A stretch of 55,357 nucleotides of DNA from Gammaproteobacteria bacterium (GTDB lineage Bacteria; Pseudomonadota; Gammaproteobacteria; Eutrophobiales; Eutrophobiaceae), in NCBI GenBank assembly GCA_051275005.1, contig JBNMOP010000002.1, positions 1 through 55,357 on the forward strand. Reading direction: 5' to 3'. Under the pieces are notes generated by a model. It was not told the origin of the DNA. It saw nothing but the letters and a program-made list of their open reading frames with translations, and did no database searches. Both the position numbers and the translations under genes were made by a program. This document shows, piece by piece, positions 49,094-55,357 of this stretch. How positions within the stretch are numbered: the stretch's first letter is position 1; the number at the start of each line of letters is the position of its first letter.

Positions 49094-51184
49094 ATGAAAG
49101 TGCAAAAAAATCTATTTTTGTCTTCAATCATTATCTCAATAATCTTTAGTGTGGGTTCAGTTCAGGCCCAACAAGTACCTGATTCGGTCATTAATTGGCC
49201 CGACACCATATACACCAATGCCATTGTCGTCACCCTGGATGATCACGCCATGAATGATAATCCGGGCACCATCGCCGAGGCCATTGCGATTAATGGGGAA
49301 GTCATCCAGGCCATAGGTTCTGCTGCAGAGATAGCGAGAATGAAGGGCCCAAATACCCAGGTTATCGATCTTGGCGGCAAGGTGATGATACCCGGTTTTA
49401 TCGAGAGTCATACCCATCCGTTCGGAACCTTTGAACAGTATTTACCTGAAAGAGAATTGGCCTTGCCTCATGTCTCCTTGGGGGTGCAAGTGGAAGCAAC
49501 CGCGGCAGAAACGTACCCAAAAATTGCCCGTTATGTCAAAGAAGCAGGGATTAAACCTGGCGAATGGATTTTGATCGAATTAATTCCCAATCCAGAGAAG
49601 GGTATCCCTACGGTGTGGGACATCGCTGAGGGGTGGATCGGTACCCCTGATCAGGTGGATCAGACTTTTACCCGTGAAGGACTGACAAAGATATTGCCAA
49701 ATAATCCTGCCAATGCCGGTATCCGTAACGTGGGTGAAACCGATGGCAGTGTGCGTCGCAATCATTCACATGAAAATATTGAAGTCTTACGAGAACCAAA
49801 CGAATCCTCATACGATTATTATGGCTATCGTGATACCTATGACACATTGGTGGCGGATGTGGCGGCCCACCAGCGCCGTGCCCTGCAGGGACTCACAGGC
49901 AGTCATGCCTTTATCGTTTTCAATGATATGGGGTGGGTGGAAACCAATAAATTGATCCCGGGTTTGGAGGCAACGGTTACAGGACTACGGCCCGATATTC
50001 GTGATTCAGGTACTCGAGGAATCCTAGGTACCGGTGAAAAACGTTCCTGGCAGGAACAGGTCCTGAAGAGGGAATACCCCACGCCGGTCTATGCCGAGGC
50101 AGTAAAAAAAGGCTTCGAATATATGGCCCAATCCGGAATAACTGCATTTGGTTCACGGGTTGATTTTCCGTATCAATTAAGTGCCTATCATTATTTGTTA
50201 CGTAAGAATGGCCGTCTACCTATCCGCCATGCCTATACCTATGAGTTCCATCGTAACGAATTACACTCACCGGATTTTGTTGAAAATGTCTACGGCTTCA
50301 TGGGGGCGCATTGGTCCGCTGGTCCACGCAGTGGCAATCAATGGCTGTGGAATCATGGCATTGGTTCTGAAGGTGCCTGGGATACACCAGAGATCGCCTG
50401 CCTCGGTCCTGATATCCCGGGACTGCCAGATGTTGCCGAAGAGGCAAAGAGCCGTGAGCGTTGCAGATTTCTGGAAGATGGTCAAAGAACACCTGAGATT
50501 TATGGGATGCATAATGCCTTGATGAAGGGATGGCGTATTGCCGGTCTACATGGTGTAGGTAGCCACGGCATGCGCCAGTTTATCGGTTATCTGGAAGAGG
50601 CCATTGCCCAGGGTCCTGTAACCGAGGAAATGATTAGAGAAATGCGTATCCTCATGGCTCACGGCACTATGGTGGGCAAGGAACCAGATGTCGTTGCGGG
50701 GTTGAAACGATTCAATATTATTATCCCGATGCAGATCCGCCGGGCACTGACTTATGAACCCAATGTCATCGATACATTCTACGGTCCTGAGGGTTATGAG
50801 TTCCTGGCACCGATGAAGAGTCTGATCGATGCGGGGGTACGGGTGGCAGCAGAGACCCACAGTGCGGGACCACCAGATTTATTGTTTCGACATATGCCCT
50901 TGTTTGTGACGCGTACCGCAGCGGGCAGGACCTCGGCCCCAGAAGAAGCAGTAGACAGGGTAGTGGCGTTGAAGCTGTTTACCTATGCCAATGCGCAATC
51001 GATGTTGGCAGAGGACTATATCGGTTCATTGGAGGTCGGTAAGTTTGCTGATTTTGCCGTTATGGAAAATAACTACCTGGAACAACCTGAGTCAGAGCTG
51101 GAGAATAATAAAAATCTGATTACAGTAGTCGGTGGAAAGGTTATTTACAAGGATCCACAAGCCCCCTGGACTATAGTCAATTAG
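49094..51184 (+). CDS. Exported full-length YtcJ-like (Amidohydro_3-type) metal hydrolase, 696 aa
   Basis: SD GGGGG upstream. A signal peptide is present. HxH strand IPGFIESHTHP. Later blocks GWRIAGLHGVGSHGMR, LMAHGTMVG, EEAVDRVVALKLFTY and GSLEVGKFADFAV. It is colinear with the sum of CDS 1397..2155 plus any one of the four C-modules. Confidence 0.85.
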   Translation: MKVQKNLFLSSIIISIIFSVGSVQAQQVPDSVINWPDTIYTNAIVVTLDDHAMNDNPGTIAEAIAINGEVIQAIGSAAEIARMKGPNTQVIDLGGKVMIPGFIESHTHPFGTFEQYLPERELALPHVSLGVQVEATAAETYPKIARYVKEAGIKPGEWILIELIPNPEKGIPTVWDIAEGWIGTPDQVDQTFTREGLTKILPNNPANAGIRNVGETDGSVRRNHSHENIEVLREPNESSYDYYGYRDTYDTLVADVAAHQRRALQGLTGSHAFIVFNDMGWVETNKLIPGLEATVTGLRPDIRDSGTRGILGTGEKRSWQEQVLKREYPTPVYAEAVKKGFEYMAQSGITAFGSRVDFPYQLSAYHYLLRKNGRLPIRHAYTYEFHRNELHSPDFVENVYGFMGAHWSAGPRSGNQWLWNHGIGSEGAWDTPEIACLGPDIPGLPDVAEEAKSRERCRFLEDGQRTPEIYGMHNALMKGWRIAGLHGVGSHGMRQFIGYLEEAIAQGPVTEEMIREMRILMAHGTMVGKEPDVVAGLKRFNIIIPMQIRRALTYEPNVIDTFYGPEGYEFLAPMKSLIDAGVRVAAETHSAGPPDLLFRHMPLFVTRTAAGRTSAPEEAVDRVVALKLFTYANAQSMLAEDYIGSLEVGKFADFAVMENNYLEQPESELENNKNLITVVGGKVIYKDPQAPWTIVN
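50786..51002 (+). repeat. Near-identical tract shared with 55141..55357 (copy A)
   Basis: Direct base-by-base comparison gives 3 mismatches in 217 nt (positions 50791, 50821, 50875), with 127 nt identical after the last one. The 65 nt immediately upstream are only ~82% identical. Confidence 0.9.
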
Positions 51185-51205
51185 AACAGGTGTAAAGCTT
51201 GTTTT

Positions 51206-51237
51206 ATAAAGGGTAAGCCCTTGGGCTTACCCTTTAT
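51206..51237. terminator. Perfect 32-nt palindrome between convergent genes (possible bidirectional terminator or protein-binding site)
   Basis: ATAAAGGGTAAGCCC-TT-GGGCTTACCCTTTAT is exactly self-complementary. Only a weak U-tract follows on either strand. Confidence 0.45.
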
Positions 51238-51474
51238 AATTTCTAATTAAAACCTATTATGGTAAATAAAATCCCTAAGTACAGGGATACCCTAATATTA
51301 TTGGATGCTGGTTTCCAGCAGTATGACGGAAAATTTATTTAATTATTATCAATCATCATACTAGCCTAGGTTCTGTCTGGTATGTAGTTGTCCAGGGTCA
51401 GTATCCAGTTATGTTTTTTTCTAGATCTAAACATTGAATTTCAACTATAGAGTGAAGATGCGTCAGTTCATGTA

Positions 51475-53160
51475 TTAAAATCTGGAAAAATAGATTAGGG
51501 CATGTTCATCATCAGAGGAAGGTGTCAGATTTTTAGAGCGCGCATTCATGACATATTCCTCTACTATTTCAGCGTCAAAAAAACCTTCCTCCGCTAATGC
51601 CCCTGCCGCGCCCCTGACACAATCCACATAGCGGGTTCGAGTGAGTGATTCGCCTTTTTTCAATAAGCCCATGCGCTGCCATGCCTGTTCAGGTGATTCA
51701 CGAAAATCCCATAGGCCGTTGCCGTTCATGTCTACAAATACGCCATTATCATCACGCGGCTCGATACCTGTTCCGGTATACGCCGCCCAGGTAGTTGTAC
51801 CTGAACCACTAACGGGGGGGTAAAATCTGCCCAGTGGACAGCTAACCTCGGGATAGGAAATTGCGGGAAAGTCCAGGTCACCGTCACTGTCAACATCTCC
51901 AATAATCGGAAAGTCAGACCGTGATGGTGGCGGGGGTTCACCCTCCACCCAGGCGTCCAGCAGCTTGATAGCACCTTCCATGAATAATGACAGATCAAGG
52001 ATCTGCATCTTTCCCTTTCTCCCATCGGCCGTGGTAGACCCGCCATCATGACTCAACTGCCTGATCTCGTATATTCGGAACTTATCCATTAATCCCTTTT
52101 CCTTTAGAATTCGGGCATTGTTATATTTGTTGGCAAGGAAACTGTAAGTAACGAATTCCGGCAGGTCATGGTTATTAAAATTCCAGTACGCCTGGTGAGC
52201 AAGTTCCAGTTGTGGGACAAAGGCCCTCTTTTCTTCTGCGGTAGTAAGGAGCACATCTTTGCCATTTTCCATTGCCACAGGTAACCAGGTTCCGGCAGCG
52301 GAATCATCAACCAGAAAGCCATCGAATATTGGCTTACCATTATTGTCTACGTTTAACCGTCGTCCATAGTAGTTCATGCCTCGTGCCAGTCGGGCACCTG
52401 CTGACTTGCCGTATAGAAAAGTCCTTTCGGGCAATTTACCTAAACGTCTTCTTACCGCAGTCTCTGCAACAGCGGTATAATCTTTGATCAATGAATGACT
52501 GTCGTTAAATGCTACCCAGTCAACTACCGTCCCATCACTTAATGTCGCAATGATCTCTCCAACACTTTCTTCACTGGTACGTAGCGTGACAGCAACCGCG
52601 TAGCCCAGGGTGAGCATTGACTTTTGCAGCTTATTAAAAATGGCCATGGGTTGGTCCGGGTCCAGGTATTTATGCCAGATTTTCAATGAGCCATTGTTAA
52701 ATGAGCGACCCCTGCCGTGTACTGTGACCCAAAGTTTACCGTTCCAATCCGCGCGTGATTTTGGATAGATAAGGATAACAGCCGCACCACGGTTCATTTC
52801 ATAATTGGCAACGGCAAACACAGGTTCTTGCACATCGGATGCCTGGGCCTGAGGGAAGACCAGTTCCGGTGCGTTGGTGAGATATTCATGATAATCCCGC
52901 TCTCGCGTGACATAGCCTTCAACAGTGCCATTTAATCCCATATCAACACGGATATAATCCTTGTCCTGGTAGTTTACTTCGGTTTCCTGCATCTTGCAGG
53001 TTTCAGGACCAAGTTTGTAACTATCTACCACTCGTAATGATGGCAAATAGCTTTCACATGACTTGATTGATTGCCCCTGTGCATGGCTTATTTGAAATGG
53101 AATTAAGGAGATCACTATATATGTGATTACGTTGGATATTGTAAGCAACTTGCCTGGCAT
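51475..53160 (-). CDS. Exported hypothetical protein, possible alpha/beta hydrolase with C-terminal Ca-binding-type loops
   Basis: ATG 53160 follows AGGGGGA; the listed GTG 53193 is an alternative start. Signal peptide ...FQISHA|QG. A GxSxG-like GKSAG is present. DxDxDG-type loops are GDVDSDGDLD (51871-51900) and DMNGNGLWD (~51694-51733). Confidence 0.5.
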   Translation of the reverse strand: MPGKLLTISNVITYIVISLIPFQISHAQGQSIKSCESYLPSLRVVDSYKLGPETCKMQETEVNYQDKDYIRVDMGLNGTVEGYVTRERDYHEYLTNAPELVFPQAQASDVQEPVFAVANYEMNRGAAVILIYPKSRADWNGKLWVTVHGRGRSFNNGSLKIWHKYLDPDQPMAIFNKLQKSMLTLGYAVAVTLRTSEESVGEIIATLSDGTVVDWVAFNDSHSLIKDYTAVAETAVRRRLGKLPERTFLYGKSAGARLARGMNYYGRRLNVDNNGKPIFDGFLVDDSAAGTWLPVAMENGKDVLLTTAEEKRAFVPQLELAHQAYWNFNNHDLPEFVTYSFLANKYNNARILKEKGLMDKFRIYEIRQLSHDGGSTTADGRKGKMQILDLSLFMEGAIKLLDAWVEGEPPPPSRSDFPIIGDVDSDGDLDFPAISYPEVSCPLGRFYPPVSGSGTTTWAAYTGTGIEPRDDNGVFVDMNGNGLWDFRESPEQAWQRMGLLKKGESLTRTRYVDCVRGAAGALAEEGFFDAEIVEEYVMNARSKNLTPSSDDEHALIYFSRF

Positions 53161-53457
53161 TCTTCTTCCCCCTGAATGATGGTAAAAACGCACAAAATTT
53201 TATAATGAATTAAGTATAACTAGGAGAAAGTTTGCTGTCATTTTTCCCGGATATAAGCCCATGTTTGAGTGTAACATCTTGTTTTAAAAAAATTATTTTT
53301 CTTTTAAAATTTTAGTATTCATCATTAATTCATAATTAGAGTCGTCATATCGTTATACTGTAATATATATCTATTGGAGAGGACATCTCTATATATAGGC
53401 TATCAGTTATGGTGAGTTTATTACATAATCGTATTACCAAATTCAGAGGGATTTAAC

Positions 53458-55357
53458 ATGAGTAAACTATATAGTTTCTTCACACGATCATTCATAGTTT
53501 TAGTGATGACTAGCATGGGTATGATCTCGGTCTATGCCCAACAATATCCAGATTCTGTCCTCAATTGGCCCGATACGATCTATACCAATGCTATTGTTGT
53601 GACGTTGGATGAACATGCCTTGAATGATGACCCTGGCACCATTGCGCAGGCCATCGCGATAAACGGTGAGTACATTCAGGCCATAGGATCTGCTACAGAG
53701 ATTGGCAGGATGAAGGGTCCAAATACCCAGGTCATTGATCTTGGCGGTAAGGTGATGATCCCCGGTTTTATTGAGAGTCATACCCACCCCTTTAGCTTGA
53801 TTGAGCAAAACCTACCACAACAGGAACTACAATTAAAACATGTAACCATGGGTGTGAAGGTTGAGGCAAATGCAGAGGAAACATATAAGAAGATTACCCG
53901 CTATGCCAATGAGGCAGGTATCAAACCTGGCGAGTGGGTGCTTATAGAGCTACGGCCAAATCCTGAGAAAGGTGTAACAACCATCTGGGATATTGCCGAA
54001 GGCTGGATAGGTACACCTGATGAGGTTGATCAGACGTTTACTCGTGAGGGGCTAACCAAGGCCCTGCCAAAAAACCCGGCAAATGCCGGTGTTCGAAATG
54101 TAGGTGAACCTGATGGCCAGGTTCGTCGACACAACAGTCTTGAAAATGTTGAGATTCTGCGTAAGGAAACTGTCGCCTACAATGATGAAAATTACGATAC
54201 CTTAATCGCTGACGTGGTCGCCCATCAACGGCGAGCATTGCAAGGATTAACTGGTAGTCATGCCTATATAATTTTCAATGACCTGGGCTGGAAAGAGACC
54301 AATGAGTGGATCCCGGGTCTGGAAGAAACAGTCACCGAGTTACGACCCGACATTCGCAATTCTGGGCCACGTGGAATTCTGGGTACAGGTGAGAAAAACT
54401 CATGGCAGACACAAATACTGAAAAAACCTTATTCAACCCCAGTCTATGCAGATGCAGTAAAAAAGGGTTTCACCTATATGGCCCGCTCGGGTATTACTGC
54501 CTTTGGCTCCCGGGTAGATTTCCCACATCAGTTAAGTGCCTATCATTATTTGTTGCGTAAGGACGGTCGTCTACCCATACGTCATGCCTATACCTATGAG
54601 TTCCATCGTAACGAATTGCACTCACCGGATTTCGTCAAGTCCGTGTATCCGTTTATGGGTGCACATTGGTCCGCTGGTCCTCGTAGCGGTAACCGTTGGT
54701 TATGGAATCATGGTATTGGTTCTGAAGGTGCCTGGGACACGCCAGAAATTGCCTGTCTAGGACCTGATCTGCCGGGTCTGCCGGATGTGGCGGAAGAGGC
54801 AAAGAGCCGTGAGCGCTGTGGCTTTTTAGATGAAGGACAACGCACACCGGAGATCATCGGCATGCACAACGCCTTGATGAAGGGATGGCGTATTGCGGGT
54901 CTACACGGTGTGGGTAGCCATGGTATGCGTAAGTTTATTGGATATCTTGAAGAGGCTATTGCACAGGGTCCCATTACTGAAGAAATGGTACGTGAGATGC
55001 GTATCCTCATGGCCCACGGCACCATGGTGGGTAAGGAACCGGATGTCATTGCAGGGCTCAAGCGTTACAACATCATTATGCCTATGCAAATCCGCCGTGC
55101 GTTGACGACTGAACCGAATATCATTGATACATTCTATGGACCTGAAGGTTATGAGTTCCTGGCACCGATGAAGAGCCTGATCGATGCGGGGGTACGGGTG
55201 GCAGCAGAGACCCACAGTGCGGGACCACCGGATTTATTGTTTCGACATATGCCCTTGTTTGTGACGCGTACCGCAGCGGGCAGGACCTCGGCCCCAGAAG
55301 AAGCAGTAGACAGGGTAGTGGCGTTGAAGCTGTTTACCTATGCCAATGCGCAATCGA
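53458..55357 (+). CDS. Exported full-length YtcJ-like amidohydrolase, paralog of 49094..51184 (3' end outside the window)
   Basis: This CDS is not in the ORF track because it has no stop inside the window. ATG 53458 follows AGAGGGA. The translation MSKLYSFF...VYA|QQYPDSVLNWPDTIYTNAIVVTLDEHALNDDPGT...IPGFIESHTHP parallels 49094..51184. The frame stays open to nt 55357. Confidence 0.85.
   Translation, partial: MSKLYSFFTRSFIVLVMTSMGMISVYAQQYPDSVLNWPDTIYTNAIVVTLDEHALNDDPGTIAQAIAINGEYIQAIGSATEIGRMKGPNTQVIDLGGKVMIPGFIESHTHPFSLIEQNLPQQELQLKHVTMGVKVEANAEETYKKITRYANEAGIKPGEWVLIELRPNPEKGVTTIWDIAEGWIGTPDEVDQTFTREGLTKALPKNPANAGVRNVGEPDGQVRRHNSLENVEILRKETVAYNDENYDTLIADVVAHQRRALQGLTGSHAYIIFNDLGWKETNEWIPGLEETVTELRPDIRNSGPRGILGTGEKNSWQTQILKKPYSTPVYADAVKKGFTYMARSGITAFGSRVDFPHQLSAYHYLLRKDGRLPIRHAYTYEFHRNELHSPDFVKSVYPFMGAHWSAGPRSGNRWLWNHGIGSEGAWDTPEIACLGPDLPGLPDVAEEAKSRERCGFLDEGQRTPEIIGMHNALMKGWRIAGLHGVGSHGMRKFIGYLEEAIAQGPITEEMVREMRILMAHGTMVGKEPDVIAGLKRYNIIMPMQIRRALTTEPNIIDTFYGPEGYEFLAPMKSLIDAGVRVAAETHSAGPPDLLFRHMPLFVTRTAAGRTSAPEEAVDRVVALKLFTYANAQS
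55141..55357 (+). repeat. Near-identical tract shared with 50786..51002 (copy B; runs into the window edge)
   Basis: Same comparison as copy A, at an offset of 4355 nt. The true 3' extent is unknown because the window ends. Confidence 0.9.

Noticed and set aside
1-55357. I looked for CRISPR arrays, defence genes, prophage or transposon hallmarks, tRNA/rRNA genes and long exact repeats.
   Set aside because: None was seen. The only near-exact repeat is the 217-nt tract inside the paralogous amidohydrolase genes. The other repetition is protein-level paralogy. No nuclease, ATPase, integrase or transposase motifs were noticed in any frame of the ORF track.

Overview
This 55.4-kb window comes from a diderm (Gram-negative) bacterium. 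It is moderately AT-rich and densely coding. I call 33 CDS, two of them cut by the window edges. I see no rRNA, tRNA, CRISPR array, transposase or integrase, transcription factor, inner-membrane transporter or obviously cytoplasmic protein. All 32 CDS with a complete N-terminus begin with an export signal read by eye: 26 Sec-type and 6 twin-arginine.

Contents:
(i) Four TonB-dependent receptors of two paralogous types.
(ii) An expanded family of exported YtcJ-like amidohydrolases. Two copies are full length (49094-51184 and 53458 to the window end). At 1397-8084 there is a split version: one N-terminal HxH fragment followed by four tandem C-terminal modules, each with its own signal peptide.
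(iii) Two tandem Tat-exported thiamine-diphosphate (ThDP) enzymes, bracketed by mono-haem cytochromes c.
(iv) Two PQQ beta-propeller dehydrogenases, one followed by a cytochrome c.
(v) Three copies of a three-gene cassette: a di-haem DUF1592-type protein, a Tat-exported DUF1552 (HXXSHH) protein and a secreted ankyrin-repeat protein.
(vi) A minus-strand operon encoding cytochrome c, an unknown CxxCH protein and a Tat dienelactone hydrolase.
(vii) One further amidohydrolase and a putative alpha/beta hydrolase.

The region reads as a purely envelope-located hydrolytic and oxidative catabolic island fed by TonB-dependent uptake. The best candidates for undescribed biology are the triplicated haem/HXXSHH/ankyrin cassette, the fissioned and amplified amidohydrolase array, and the periplasmic ThDP-enzyme/cytochrome c cluster. 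All family assignments come from motif recognition by eye; no database search was run.
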